The notes: generated by a model not told the origin, from the sequence alone. A stretch of 64,000 nt of DNA from an uncultured bacterium (GCA_963749495.1 CAVVMW010000023.1:512001-576000); one strand, 5' to 3'; counted from the first letter of the stretch, positions 1 to 11,126 are shown. Translations and numbers: made by a program.

Positions 1-679
1 CCTTCGGCCGAAAGCGGTTGAAGGCGGCGACATAGTCGGGCGCATTGCGGGGCGAGATGTGGAAGGCGGAAAAATAGACCTGCCTTTCCGCCCAGTTGTA
101 GCGGTGGAACGGGGGGCGCGCCACGGCCTGGGGGACCACCAGGCGCCCGCCGATCATCGAGCGGGAGCCCAGAATGCTGGCGCCCGCCCAGGCGAAGGAG
201 CGGGCCTCGCGCGCGGCGATGAACCGGCGATGGCCCTCCACGGAGCAGAGGGCGGTGATGGGTGTGCCGGTGGTGCCGCTGGTGCAGTAGCGGCGCAGGC
301 CGCCCCGGTGACGGCTCGACCGCGTGGCGAAATCGCCCGGACACTCCCTCAGGTGCTGCTTGGGCGTGGCCGGCAGCCGCGCCAGGTCGGCCAGTTCAAA
401 CCGGCCCAAGCTGGCGTTGTCGAGCCCCAGCGCGCGCCAGGCCCGGCCATAGTAAGGGACCTGGTCGAGCGCATTGGCCAGGACTGACCGGAGTTGCGAG
501 GCCAGGTATTGCTCGAAACGATCGGAACTCCACCGCTCGCGCGCCTTGAATTCCTCGACGTAATCGGCGAATCGTCCCCCCAGCCGTTCGTGTCTCCAGG
601 CCCAACCATAGAGGGAGAGGCCCAGGTTCTGCAACCAGACCGGCAGGAAGGGATAAAGTTGGAGCGCCAGATGGCTCAT
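1..679 (-). CDS. Phenylacetate-CoA ligase / CapK-family adenylate-forming enzyme (3' end runs off the window)
   Basis: Manual translation from ATG 679: MSHLALQLYPFLPVWLQN...VPYY...YCTSGTTGTP (ANL P-loop motif); last gene of the polysaccharide locus in this window. Confidence 0.85.
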   Translation of the reverse strand, partial: MSHLALQLYPFLPVWLQNLGLSLYGWAWRHERLGGRFADYVEEFKARERWSSDRFEQYLASQLRSVLANALDQVPYYGRAWRALGLDNASLGRFELADLARLPATPKQHLRECPGDFATRSSRHRGGLRRYCTSGTTGTPITALCSVEGHRRFIAAREARSFAWAGASILGSRSMIGGRLVVPQAVARPPFHRYNWAERQVYFSAFHISPRNAPDYVAAFNRFRPK

Positions 680-696
680 GTGGCTCCGGGATGCGC

Positions 697-1084
697 CCTA
701 AATCGAACCACGCAACATTGGCACAACCTTTGTCGCGGCCTTTGTCGCGACCTTTGTCGAAGGCCCCAATTCTCGACAAAGGACCCGACAAAGGCCGCGA
801 CGAAGGTCCGGAATCCGAATCGAACCACGCAACATTGGCACAACCTTTGTCGCGGCCTTTGTCGCAACCTTTGTCGAAGGCCCCAATTCTCGACAAAGGA
901 CCCGACAAAGGCTGCGACGAAGGTCCGGAATCCGAATCGAACCACGCAACATTGGCACAACCTTTGTCGCGGCCTTTGTCGCAACCTTTGTCGAAGGCCC
1001 CAATTCTCGACAAAGGACCCGACAAAGGCCGCGACAAAGGTCCGGAATCCGCATGGGTGTGCCAATGTTGGTTGCTCCGATTTA
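697..1084. repeat. Three tandem 117-bp copies of a REP/MITE-like palindromic element (family A)
   Basis: Unit starts at 701, 818, 935; each has (CCTTTGTCGxxx)x3 - loop - (GACAAAGG)x3; outer inverted ends TAAATCG..CAACATTGGCACA / TGTGCCAATGTTG..CGATTTA. Confidence 0.95.
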
Positions 1085-1747
1085 TGCTCGCGCGCAGCGA
1101 TCGAGTTCCGCCTCGATCCAATCGGCGTATTGGCTGACACGGCCCTGGGCCTCGAAGGCGGAGAGGAAACGTGCTCGTCCATTGCGGCCCATCTCGGCGC
1201 GCAACTGGGCGTTGGCCAGTAACCGGCCCAAACAGGCCTCGAGCGCGGCCGGGTCTTCAGGGGGGACCAGCAGGCCATCGAGTCCGTCCCGGATGATCTC
1301 GGGGATGCCGCCGACGTTGGAGGCCACCACCGGCGTGCTCACCGAGAGCGCTTCGATGTTCACCAGGCCCAAGCTCTCATGGCGGCTGGGCACAGTCGCG
1401 ACGGCCGATTGGGACAATTCACGGAGGACCTGCTCGTGCGGGACCTCCCCCGGAAATTGGCAGACGGCCGCCACGCCCAGTTGAGCGGCCAGGCGCAGGA
1501 GTTTGGCTCGTTGCGGGCCTTGGCCCAGGAACCGGATCTCCAGGCCGGGAAAACGCCGCGCCAGTCCCGGCAGGGCCCGAAGCAGGACATCCTGGCCCTT
1601 GGAATAATCGAGCCGGCCGGGGCAGGTGACACGCAAGGGCCTCTTTGCCGCAGGCTCCGGCGCCCACCGCGCCAGCGGGTCGTCCAGCCCGAAATGCTGG
1701 ACCGAGCACCTGGGGGAGCCGGACAAAATAGTAACAATTAGGTGCCA

Positions 1748-3130
1748 TTACGCAGCTTCCTCGGCTTGAGCCGGGGGGTTGGCAACGCGAATTCGCAGGT
1801 AATCGCTTTGGTTTAAGCGATCCCGAACTTGGTCGAATTGGTTGCCATACAGAGCGCAGCGCAAATCCAGGACGTGGGTAGCTCCCTCTTCTGACCAAAG
1901 CATGCCGGAGCACTTGCAGCGTCCGCCGATAACCGTTTTGCAGCCGGCTTCGACCACCCCCGAGCCGTAGAAAAATCCCAAAGCGCGGTAGGTGGCGTAG
2001 AGCATACGGCTCTGGTTGTGCTCGAAGTATGCGATCTGCTTGCCTGCTGATTCAGCAGTCTGAGCGGCCAGTTTGCCCGTCCTTTCCCGGGCTTGACGCA
2101 GGACTTCCTCCACGTCGTCGGCCAAGAACTGCTCGCGCCAAGTTCGCCACAGGGCCTGGGCGGCGGCAGGGTCCGGTTCGAGCAATTTCGTCAGGTCGGA
2201 GAGATGTTCCAGGGCGTGATACAAGTCCAGAATTTGGAAGGCCATCGGGAAGCACTTCGCCCCGTGGTCCCAAATCCAGGCAGCCCCGTCGCCCAGCAGC
2301 ACCGACACCTGCGCTGCCGGCAGACGGCGGCGGAGGGCCTCCTGGCGTGCCCGCACCATGAAATCGGGTGCCTCTTCAAAGCCTGCCACGTAGCTGGAGG
2401 ACTCAAAGTCCCGCAACGGCAATCCCTCCTCATCAAGGGTGGTTTGGGTAAACACACAAGCCAACTTGACCTCTCGGGTCTTGGCTGAGCCATCGGGTTG
2501 CTTGCCAGGCACGGCCTTCCAATTCCTCGGGCCGCATGGGAACCCCGGTGCCATCAACGGCGATATACATGACGGGAATCAGGCCCGAGTCATGCTTGAA
2601 GGGAGGCAATTGTTCTTGGACCGCCCGCACCCGCGGTCCCATTTCCTGAGCGATGCGCTGAATCTGGCGGCCTTCGACCTGCAGCCCGCAATAGGCTTTG
2701 AGCTCGGCCGCCGCCACGTCGAAGGGATGGCGCGCGGCCGCGCGGCAAATGATCCGCAGCACCCCGGGCGAATAGCCTGCCCACAGACCCAGCGCCTGGT
2801 CCAGCGGGGCACGGCCTTGCTCCCGGCTCGCCCAATAGTAATAGTTGCGCCGTAGGGCCACTAGCCCGAAGAGGGTCAGCGGCTCCTTGGGCCGGCCAGG
2901 CGTGGCACCTTTCGCCTGGGCGGCCCTGATCCTCGGGCACCGGCAGCGCCGGGTCGTTGAGCAAATCCCCCAGAATCCCACAGGCATCGCGGAAGAGCGC
3001 CTCGCGCAGGCCAATTTCCACCGCCTCGAGATTGCGCACTCCCTGCTGTTGCCACTGCCCTTGGACTAACCGGATGAAGGCGTTGGCTTCCCGGAATCGC
3101 TCCTGCCCGACTTCGGTCTGGAGTTTTTTT
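1748..3130 (-). CDS. ISKra4/ISLre2-type transposase (two apparent frameshifts near 2505 and 2897)
   Basis: Pieces in ORFs 2590..3039, 2433..3014, 1748..2557; motifs YIAVDGTGVP, LGDGAAWIW, LDLYHA, GSGVVEAGCKTVIGGRCKCSGMLWS. Confidence 0.85.
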
Positions 3131-3452
3131 TTGCGTCGGGGGCGGCTTGACTCAGGCGGGTGATTTGGTCGGTGACGGTGACAAACTCCTCGGCCAGTTC
3201 GCTAAAGCGTCTGTAATTGGCGACGAGGGGTTCGATTTGGGGGGCCTGATCGGCCGGGATGCGCTCGGCGAACTTCTGCCCATGGAAGTAGGCTTGGAGC
3301 ACGTAGTAAGGGCCCTGGGGGGCTTTGGAGCCAGCGCGGGGTTTCTTGAAGAATTGGCGGCTTAAGGAGCCGCGGCGCAACCGGTCGATAGCCTTGATCT
3401 GTTCAAGGATCTGCTCGCGCCGGTCTTCGAGCTGAGAAAGCGAAGCGGTCAT
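3066..3452 (-). CDS. IS accessory protein (DUF6788-like), ends after an A9 slippery run
   Basis: MTASLSQLEDRREQILEQI...RRGSL...GPYY; A9 run at 3124-3132 (T9 on + strand). Confidence 0.75.
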   Translation of the reverse strand: MTASLSQLEDRREQILEQIKAIDRLRRGSLSRQFFKKPRAGSKAPQGPYYVLQAYFHGQKFAERIPADQAPQIEPLVANYRRFSELAEEFVTVTDQITRLSQAAPDAKKNSRPKSGRSDSGKPTPSSG

Positions 3453-3459
3453 GGTGCGT

Positions 3460-3488
3460 ATTGTATCTAACTAGATACAATATAGCAA
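3460..3488 (-). promoter_or_regulatory. IS sigma70-type promoter overlapped by a palindrome
   Basis: TTGCTA-N17-TACAAT on minus strand; perfect 9-bp inverted repeat TTGTATCTA-AC-TAGATACAA at 3461-3480. Confidence 0.6.
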
Positions 3489-4086
3489 CAAAAATCAATC
3501 AGCAGGCGGGCCTGCTCAAATTTTGGTTACTTTTTTGTCGCGCACCCAGCACCTGGCCCTGGCGAGCGGGTACAAGCCGGCGGCGTCGCGGGCGGCGGCG
3601 GCGGAATTGGCGACCAGGTGCGTGGCCAGTCGATAGACCAAGCCCTTGCGGCGGTGCAGCCAGGCCGACCTGACTCTGCCGTTGGGAGTGTCCAGCGCCA
3701 ATTGGGAGCTGAGCGTGTGATAATGGATGGCGCGGACCGGGACGCCACGCAGCCAGGCCAGCAAGGTCATCCAATTGACCGACGCAAAATTGGCGACGAC
3801 GCCATCGGGCCGGGTCGCCTTGAGCTGGTCCCAATAGAACCGGGCATCGGCCAGGTGGGTCGGCCGGCGAGACGGCCAGCAGGCAAACTCGAACGCGGGG
3901 CGAGGGCCCGTTTCGCATCCAGCGGCCATCCAAACCAGGGCCTTGGCCCGGTGCCCGCGCGCGGCCAACTCCCGGCAAAGCCGGGAGAAGAAGGCCGACA
4001 CAACGGTCTCCTCGAGCGAGAAGCTCACCAGGATGCTAAACCTGGAGCCTGGCCGTGTGTGCGGAATAAATGTCACATCGGTGGCC

Positions 4087-4626
4087 TCTCCCAAAAGCTC
4101 CGATTTCGAGCCTTTGTCGCAGCCTTTGTCGGGACCTTTGTCAATAAATGGCCCATCCGACAAAGGCTGCGACAAAGGCTGCGACAAAGGGCTTCCATAC
4201 GCGGGGAGCGGCGTGTCCACGCCGGCTTGTGAGCGCCAATCTCCGGCCCAAAGGGCCGGCAGAACCCAGCCCAGGGCTGAGGCCGCCAGGCCGATGCCCT
4301 GGGACAGGCCGGCGCAAGAACCCCTGCGCCCTGAAGGGGCGCCAGAGGGCTCCGGCGCCCCTTCAGGGCGCCTGGCCCGCTTCTATGGCCAAACCCAGGG
4401 CATCGGCCTGACAGCCTCAGCCCTGGGCTAGGCTCTGGCGGCCCCTTGGGCCGCGAGGCAGGATGCCCTGGGCTGAATCGGAACAAGCAACATTGGCACA
4501 CCCACGCGGGTTCCGGACCTTGGTCGCAGCCTTTGTCGCGGCCTTTGTCGAATGCGCCATTTCTCGACAAAGGAGGCGACAAAGGCTGCGACAAAGGTTG
4601 TGTCAATGTCACGGGGTTCGATTTAG
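4087..4626. repeat. Cluster of palindromic elements: family A (~4087-4190), family B (~4250-4455), family A (~4473-4626)
   Basis: CCTTTGTCG/CGACAAAGG arms; CCCAGGGCTGAGGCC..GGCCGATGCCCTGGG and its inverse around GCCCTGAAGGGGCG/CGCCCCTTCAGGGC. Confidence 0.9.
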
Positions 4627-5663
4627 GTTCTGGCCGCCAGCACACCTCCCAGGAGTTCGTTCCAGGCGGCAATGACCTGCGGGGCGTCAAAGGCGCATGC
4701 GGCTTGCCGGGCCTGCCGGCTCAACGAGTGGCAGAGGGCGTTGGACTGGAGCACGCGGCGCACGGCGCCGCTCATCCGGAGGGCGTCGCCGGGCGGCACC
4801 AGCAACCCCTCGCGCTCATGCCGGACCAGGCAAGGGATGCCGCCCACGTCAGTGCTCACAATGCACAACCCGCAAGCCATCGCCTCGATCACGCTCACCG
4901 GCGTGTTGTCCGTCAAGCTCGTGTTGAGGAAGATGTCCGCCTCGGACAAGACCCGAGGCACGTCGCGCTTGGCCACCGGGCCGACCAGGCGCACGCGCCC
5001 ATCCAGGCCGGCCGCCGCCGCTGCGGCCCGGTTCCGCTCGAGGCTGCCGTCGCCTTTATCCGGGCCAACCATGGCCAGGTCCAGGGCCGGGTAGTCCGGC
5101 GCCAACTCAGCCGCTGCCCGCACCGCGAGCAGCGGGTTGTAAATCTCATGAAAGGCCCTGAGCCAGATCAGCCTGGGCCGGGCTGAGGCCCGCTCCAGAT
5201 ACGGGCAGGCCGCGATCTCGACGGGGTTAGGGATCACCCGGATGCCAGGACAGCACGGGGCCAGCGCCTTCTCCAGGTAACCCGATGGAGCGGTCACCGC
5301 CTTGGCCGAGGCCAGGAGCCGGCGCGTCCGGCGCGGCCACCGCGCGGCAAAACCCGGCAGGTTGCCGCCGTGCAACGTCAGGACATAGGGCTTGTGCAGG
5401 CGGCGCAAGACAAGGCCCACCGCCTCTGCCCAGAAGAAGGCCGGCCCGCTGAAGACATCAACCTGCGCAACGGCGTAGTCATGACGATGTTTGACGGCCG
5501 CCCAAAGCATGTCGGCCAGGCGCCAGAGCTTTGGCCGCCGGCGCGACGTCGCCAGCACCTGCCAGCCCAGGCCCGGCAGCCGCTCGGCCAACTCCTCGCA
5601 CACCCCGCGCGAACCGCCCGCGGCGGAGAGGAAGTTCCCGACAATTAGAACGGAGCGGGGCAA
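4623..5663 (-). CDS. GT4 glycosyltransferase
   Basis: DNTPVSVIEAMACG, STDVGGIP motifs. Confidence 0.9.
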   Translation of the reverse strand: MPRSVLIVGNFLSAAGGSRGVCEELAERLPGLGWQVLATSRRRPKLWRLADMLWAAVKHRHDYAVAQVDVFSGPAFFWAEAVGLVLRRLHKPYVLTLHGGNLPGFAARWPRRTRRLLASAKAVTAPSGYLEKALAPCCPGIRVIPNPVEIAACPYLERASARPRLIWLRAFHEIYNPLLAVRAAAELAPDYPALDLAMVGPDKGDGSLERNRAAAAAAGLDGRVRLVGPVAKRDVPRVLSEADIFLNTSLTDNTPVSVIEAMACGLCIVSTDVGGIPCLVRHEREGLLVPPGDALRMSGAVRRVLQSNALCHSLSRQARQAACAFDAPQVIAAWNELLGGVLAART

Positions 5664-5665
5664 GA

Positions 5666-5699
5666 AAAGGCTAAAGGCTAAAGGCTAAAGGCTAAAGGC
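5666..5699. repeat. (TAAAGGC)n heptamer tandem repeat filling a gene junction
   Basis: About 4.5 copies; supplies the stop codon at 5692; similar array at 37794-37822. Confidence 0.9.
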
Positions 5700-7286
5700 C
5701 GGAAACGGCAGGCGCAGTGTGGACACGCGGCCGAGATGGCGAAGCGTCCCTTGTGTCCCTTGGGTCCCTTTGGTCCCTTTGGTGCCTTCGGTTCCAAACA
5801 CGCCGCACTCGGGGCAGCAGCCCCCACTGGGCTGAGGCCATGCCTATGAGCAATCCCGGGGCGGCATTTCTCATGGCGCTGACGGCCATCCAAGCCAAGG
5901 TCACGCTCGCGCCCGAGAGCAATACGGCCTTGGTGAAGCCGGCCGGGACTGTGAACCACGGGCGCGCGGCCATCTTCAAGAGCATCAACGCCGCCAGCGC
6001 ACCCAGCAATCCGTGCTCGGCGAGCAACCGGGTGTATTCCGTATGGGACCCGACGCGCCCGGCGGTGCCTTCCGAGTGAGCGATGCTCGAACTGCCAACG
6101 CCGGCCCCCAGGATGATATTCTTCTTCCAGATGGCGATATCCTGCACGGCAATCAGGTCGCGGCGCGTCAGGCTGGTGCTGCTGAAACGCTCGCCGATCC
6201 TCCCCTCCGTAAACCGCATCAGGAAACCCCACGTGACCAGGCCAATGACCAATGCCAGACCCAGGATGAGCACGGTCTGCGGCTGGATGAGCTTGCGGAT
6301 GGACATGACGGGCAGCGCCACCACCAGGCCGATGCCCAGCAGGTAAATCCCCGTCCGGGAAAAGGAAAGCGCCGAGTGGGCCGCGAACCACAATGCCACC
6401 ATCAGGAAAACCAACCGCACGCTGGCCTTGACTCGAGGATCCAGCGCCAGCAGCAGCGCGAAGAGCCCGCCCAATCCCAGGAAACCCGCGACCTGGTTCG
6501 GCCCGAAGCCGCCGCTGGCCAGGATGTTCGAGTTGCCGCCGAACTCGATGTGCTCGAGGATGTCAGGCCCGACAGGACGGCGGCGGCAATGCCGGCGATG
6601 GGCAAGACCATCCAGGCCGCCAACCGGCGCGTCCTGCGCTCGGTCAGATGGACGCGCGAGAAGAACAGCGAACAGGCCAGGACCGAGAGCGGCCCGGAGA
6701 GATTGAAGCTCAGCAGTTTGCGCGTGTCCTCTAAACCACGAGGCGTGAAGAAGTTGAGCAAGGGCGGGATGATGGCCGGCACCAGCAGCAGCGAATAGAG
6801 GATCGGGGTCCAGGGAAGCGAACGCACGGGACCCCGGAAAAACCTGATCAACAGCACCAGCGAGACGGTGTATTTGCCGTATTCCCAAATCAAGGAGGCC
6901 CCCACCATCCTCCAAAGGACCTCAGCCCCGGCCACGTACATGCTCCAGCAGGCCACCTGGAACAGTGGGCGCGCCCGGATGGCCAGGTAAAGGCCGAAAA
7001 CGAAGGTGCCCAGGGCGTGAACGGTGGCCAGAGTGCTGCTGAGCCGAAAGAGCAGACCCAGCGCGCCGTGCAGCGCCAACATCGCCGCGACCCAATTCAA
7101 GGTCAGCGGTCTGGTCTCCGTCAGAACCCCCGAACGCCCGAGGCGCGCGAGGGCCGAGGGTCGAGGGTCGAGGGCCGAGGGTCGAGGGGCAACCGAGCTG
7201 TATTCCCTCGTCCCTCGTCCCTCGTCCCTCGACCCTTGCCTCGGACCGCCCCCGGACCCGGGTCTAACCGTCAAGCAACGTCTCAT
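5692..7286 (-). CDS. O-antigen ligase/polymerase (WaaL/Wzy-like) membrane protein, frameshift near 6565, start uncertain
   Basis: ORFs 6402..7286 + 5692..6915; many TM segments, SFSRTG, GAGVG, SHTEYTRLLAEHGLLG. Confidence 0.8.
7150..7235. repeat. Inverted pair of (GAGGGTC)/(CCCTCGT) heptamer arrays
   Basis: Direct reading; same family at 42115-42245, 45295-45365, 62877-62892, 63343-63395. Confidence 0.9.
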
Positions 7287-8364
7287 AGATTCCCGTGACC
7301 TGCCTCAGGACGGCTTGCTGGCTGTAGTGCTGGCGGACGCGGCATTGGAGAGCGGCGGCCAGTGTCGAGCGCAACTGTGGCGATCGGAGCAACTGGAGCA
7401 TGGCCTGGGCCAGGGCAGCAGGCTGGCGGGGCGGGACCAGCAACCCGGCGCGGCCGTGGTCGAGGATGTCGGGCACCTGGCCTACGGCTGTGGCGGCGAC
7501 TGCCAGGCCCGCGCAGCCGTACTCCAGCAGCGCCAGCGGCATCCCTTCGGAGGCCGACGCCAGGACGCCGATATTGCAGGCGCGCAGGACGGCCCAAACG
7601 TCCGGGCGGCTGCCAAGGAGAAAGACACGCTCGTCCAGCCCCTGCTGCTGTATTTGCTCCCGCAACTTGAGGGCCAGAGGCTGGTTGGTCTCGTCCCCGA
7701 CCAGCAACAAACTGGCCTCGGGCGCCGCCTCGCTGACTTGCTTCATGGCCTCGATCAGCGTGGCATGGTCTTTCTCGGGTCTGAGATTGGCCACGCACAC
7801 GATCCGCCGGCCTCCAGTCCCAGGCAGGTCCCCGCGCTGGGGCGCCGTGCCCGGGGGTTCGGCCACGAAATTGGGCACATACCAGACGCGCTCAGGGGGG
7901 ACTTTCAACCTGGATCGTGCCCATTCGGCGAGCGGCTCATTGACGGCCATGACACCGCGGCAGCGCCGTGCCGCCATCCGGTAAATCCAGCCGGGACGTT
8001 CTTCGCTTCCATACCGTCCGAAATGGTCGTGCCAGATAAGCTGGCGGCCTGGGACGAGCACGTGGACCAGGGCGCTGAAGAACAGGGCTGAGCCGTGGGC
8101 ATGAATCAATTGGATTTGGCGCCTTTGCACCCAGCGTGCCAATCTCCAGATGGCGCCGAGGTCGAGCAAGCCCCGGCGCCCAAGGTCCAGGCGTTCGACT
8201 TCGGGCCTTAGCCGGCGCTCGAGCGGCCCGCCTGAGCGCGTGGCACACAGATAGCTCTTGAATCCCAGCCCGCTGAGCGAATTCGCCAGGTTCACGGCCA
8301 CCGACTCCAGACCACCCACTTGGAGCGAGTCCACTACCTGCACAACGCTGGAAGGACAATGCAC
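7264..8364 (-). CDS. GT4 glycosyltransferase
   Basis: VDSLQVGGLE, ANLRPEKDH, SEGMPLALLE. Confidence 0.92.
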   Translation of the reverse strand: MHCPSSVVQVVDSLQVGGLESVAVNLANSLSGLGFKSYLCATRSGGPLERRLRPEVERLDLGRRGLLDLGAIWRLARWVQRRQIQLIHAHGSALFFSALVHVLVPGRQLIWHDHFGRYGSEERPGWIYRMAARRCRGVMAVNEPLAEWARSRLKVPPERVWYVPNFVAEPPGTAPQRGDLPGTGGRRIVCVANLRPEKDHATLIEAMKQVSEAAPEASLLLVGDETNQPLALKLREQIQQQGLDERVFLLGSRPDVWAVLRACNIGVLASASEGMPLALLEYGCAGLAVAATAVGQVPDILDHGRAGLLVPPRQPAALAQAMLQLLRSPQLRSTLAAALQCRVRQHYSQQAVLRQVTGIYETLLDG

Positions 8365-8367
8365 GAG

Positions 8368-9591
8368 CTATTCCGCACTTCGAGACCTCAGCACCACCTG
8401 CCATTCCCTCTCCAGGAGGTTCGCCAACTCCTCTTTCAGGCCGTCCAGGGAAAACTTTGCGGCCCACTTCGCGCCGGCCTGGGCCAACAATTGCGCCTGC
8501 CCGCTGTTCGTGGCGACCCACTCCACGGCATCGGCAATTTGCTTGGGTTGTCCGTTGTCCAGAAGGACCCCCCGGCCCCCCAGCATGGCGGGTACCTGGC
8601 CGTGCCGCACGCCGATGCACACCAACCCGTAGCACATGGCCTCGGCAAGCGCCTTGGGCCAGCCTTCCGAGTGCTCGGAGGGCAGCACGAGGCACTCTCC
8701 CCATTCCATCCATTTCAGGCCCGCTTCGTAGGGAAGCGGGCCGGTGAAGGCGACCGCCCCGGCCAGGTCCAGCCGAGCCACTTTCTCGCGCAAGGGCCTT
8801 TCGTCCGGACCGCCTCCGACAATCCTCACGCTCAGCGCGACGGATCGGTCCAGCAGCAAGCGCACCGCCTCGAGGAGTGCCCATACCCGCTTTTCGCGGA
8901 CCAGGCGCCCGACGTAAAGCAGCTTGAGCGGCCGGCTGAACCTCTTGCCGGCGGCAACGCGGAGCGCCTCCGCGACCATCTCGGAGGTCATCATCGAGGT
9001 GAAGAAAGGAATGACGTGAGGCGGCCGATCGGGCCATTGGCCATAAACAGTGACTATCCCCCGCCACCACCGGGAGCGGAGAATCGCCCGCTGAACCCAG
9101 GCGCCCCATCCCTCCCCCTCATAGCCGTTCCACTGCCCGGCGTACTTCGCGACCAGTCTGCCCGAGAAGCAAGGCGCCAGGAGACAGCCCAACAGACCCA
9201 GGTTTCCCGGGCATCGAACGTGGATGGCATCGGCCCGGCGCATGGCCCGGGCCAGGCGCCAGAGATGGCGCGGCAAGGCCAATACTTGAATGGCCTTGGC
9301 CCGCAAATTGTCGCCGCCGCTCTCCAACTGCGGGGCGACCGAGATGTTCGACCGGTTCAGGGCAAGGGCATCCCTCGGGGGCGCTTCCAGCCGCAGCGGC
9401 GAGGCAATAACCACTTCCGGGAACAGGTCGGCCCAGACCTCGATCTCCCTCGCATAAGGGCCATAGGCAAAGAGGCGCCCCTCCCATTGGAAGTGCAGGA
9501 CATGGGAGACGATCAGCAGACGATGGAGCCGGGGTTTAATAAGACTGCGCTGCACGATCCACGCTCCCACGGCTCTTGAGGCAGCGCTCAT
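8368..9591 (-). CDS. GT4 glycosyltransferase
   Basis: YVGRLVREK, SEGWPKALAEAM; start taken at ATG 9591. Confidence 0.88.
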   Translation of the reverse strand: MSAASRAVGAWIVQRSLIKPRLHRLLIVSHVLHFQWEGRLFAYGPYAREIEVWADLFPEVVIASPLRLEAPPRDALALNRSNISVAPQLESGGDNLRAKAIQVLALPRHLWRLARAMRRADAIHVRCPGNLGLLGCLLAPCFSGRLVAKYAGQWNGYEGEGWGAWVQRAILRSRWWRGIVTVYGQWPDRPPHVIPFFTSMMTSEMVAEALRVAAGKRFSRPLKLLYVGRLVREKRVWALLEAVRLLLDRSVALSVRIVGGGPDERPLREKVARLDLAGAVAFTGPLPYEAGLKWMEWGECLVLPSEHSEGWPKALAEAMCYGLVCIGVRHGQVPAMLGGRGVLLDNGQPKQIADAVEWVATNSGQAQLLAQAGAKWAAKFSLDGLKEELANLLEREWQVVLRSRSAE

Positions 9592-10704
9592 AGAAACCCA
9601 GGTTTTTCTCGACGAGGCGGTCCACGGAGAAATCTTCCAGGACGCGCCGGCGGGCGGCGGCGCCAAGGCGCTCGGCCAGGGAGCGGTCCTGGAGCAGGCG
9701 AATGACCGAGCCGGCGATGGAGTGAGGGTCGTGCGGATTGCAGAGCAGGCCGTCGATACCGTCCCGGATGACCTCGGGTCCGGGGCCGGTGTTGCTGGCG
9801 ACCAGGGGTTTGCCCATGGCCATGCCTTCGAGCCAGGCCACCGGGAGCGCCTCCATGTGCGAGGGAAAAACCAGCGCCTGGACCGGTCCCAGTTCGGCCG
9901 GCAGGCGGGTGTTGTCCACGTGGCCTCGGAAGGTTATGGACGGGCGGATTTCGCCCGGGATAGCGGCCTCGAGCCCCTGCTGGAATGAACGCCCGGTGCG
10001 CGGGTCAATCGCGTCCCGGCCAAACACGAAGAGGCGGGCCTTGGGAACGGCTGCGGCAATCTCCGGCATTGCGGCGACCAACTGGCGGATGCCTTTCTTC
10101 TCACACAGCATGCCCACGAACCCAAGCAAGCCCGGTATCACCGCCTCCTCCGGGCGCGGCCGGAATCGCTCGGAGTCCACGGGGTTCGGAAGGATCTCGA
10201 TGGGCACGTTGCCCAGGTTGATCAACTCCCGGGTCCTCTCCGCCACGAAGCGGCTGACGGCCGCCAGGTGATCGGCGCGGGCAAAGGAGCGCTTCTCCAG
10301 CCAGCCCCGCCAAAGGGCCGGCGCTGGAGTGTGACCGAGAAGAAATGGTGTCCGCCGTGCATGCGGATGATCTTGCAGCCCGGGATGCTGCGGGCCACGG
10401 CAGCGAAGGCGTTTTCAGGGCCGTCGAGGACCTGCACAGGCCCGCGCGGCGCCAGCCGGCGCAGCTCGCGTCCGAGGGCCAGGCCGTGGAGAAACAACCG
10501 AGCCCCGCGCAGACGGGTGTGCGGCAGACGCCGGACCGTCACGCCCTCATCCTCCTCTTGACGGGCGCCGGCAATCGAGTAGAAGCCCAGGACGGTGACC
10601 TGGCAGCCTCGTTGGGCGAGGCGGCGTCCGAGGGTTTGCGTGAAGGAGCCTATCCCGCCGTGCAGCCCCGGCGGGTACTCGTTGCACAGGAAACAGATGT
10701 GCAT
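9536..10704 (-). CDS. GT4 glycosyltransferase (frameshift near 10320)
   Basis: MHICFLCNEYPPGLHGGIG (ORF 10222..10704) joined to EALPVAWLEGMAMG (ORF 9536..10246). Confidence 0.85.
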
Positions 10705-10737
10705 TGCAGGCGGCCAATACCGGTGTGCGCCTCGTCG

Positions 10738-11126
10738 CGGCCCGACGGGCCGCCAGAGCCTAGCCCAGGGCTGAGGCCGTAAGGCCGATGCCCTGGGTTT
10801 CGTTGCAGAGGCGGAGCCCGCGCCCTATCGGGGCGCCAGAGTCTTGCGCCCTCCCCAGGAACCGAGCGCTGGCCCGGAGGTTTTGGACTGCGGCAGTCCT
10901 CTGCCGCTTTCGCGTCGGCAGCGAGGGGACACAAAAGCGGCAGAGGACTGCCGCACTCCAAAACGCTTCGCGGGACGGGGACGCAGGATCGAGGTTCGGG
11001 GGCTCAATGCGCGAAATTCCGTTTGGGGGAGTTCTTTCAGGGCGCGATTGATTTCGCTGGCCTTGTACCCAGGGCATCGGCCTGGCGGCCTCAGCCTGGG
11101 CTAGGCTCTGGCGGCCCCTTGGGCCG
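10738..11126. repeat. Family B palindrome with a family C palindrome nested inside
   Basis: B arms ~10740-10800 and ~11035-11125; C element GTTTTGGACTGCGGCAGTCCTCTGCCGCTTT..AAAGCGGCAGAGGACTGCCGCACTCCAAAAC at ~10880-10965. Confidence 0.9.

Larger units (their letters stand above)
1714..3547 (-). mobile_element. Insertion sequence, ISKra4/ISLre2-like (Mutator-type DDE)
   Basis: Imperfect 22-bp TIRs GGGAGCCGGACAAAATAGTAAC / GGGTGCGCGACAAAAAAGTAAC; 9-bp TSD AGCACCTGG at 1705-1713 and 3548-3556. Confidence 0.92.
1082..4220 (-). pseudogene. GT4 glycosyltransferase split by IS insertion (start uncertain)
   Basis: N-half in ORF 3516..4220, C-half in ORF 1082..1726 (ESLGLVNIEA, GGIPE); removing the IS and one TSD restores ...ARARCSVQHFGLDD in frame. 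Confidence 0.9.

Noticed and set aside
718..736. Sigma54 promoter in family A left end (TGGCAC-N5-TTGT)
   Set aside because: The -12 element reads TTGT rather than TTGC, and the motif is part of the repeat.
697..1084. CRISPR array
   Set aside because: Units are near-identical over their whole 117 bp, with no unique spacers and no cas genes in the window.
396..1222. Repeat-protein ORFs (KAATK / PLSRPLS / CRGLCR) in several frames
   Set aside because: Translations of family A palindromes; they overlap real genes and are open in most frames because the repeat lacks stops.
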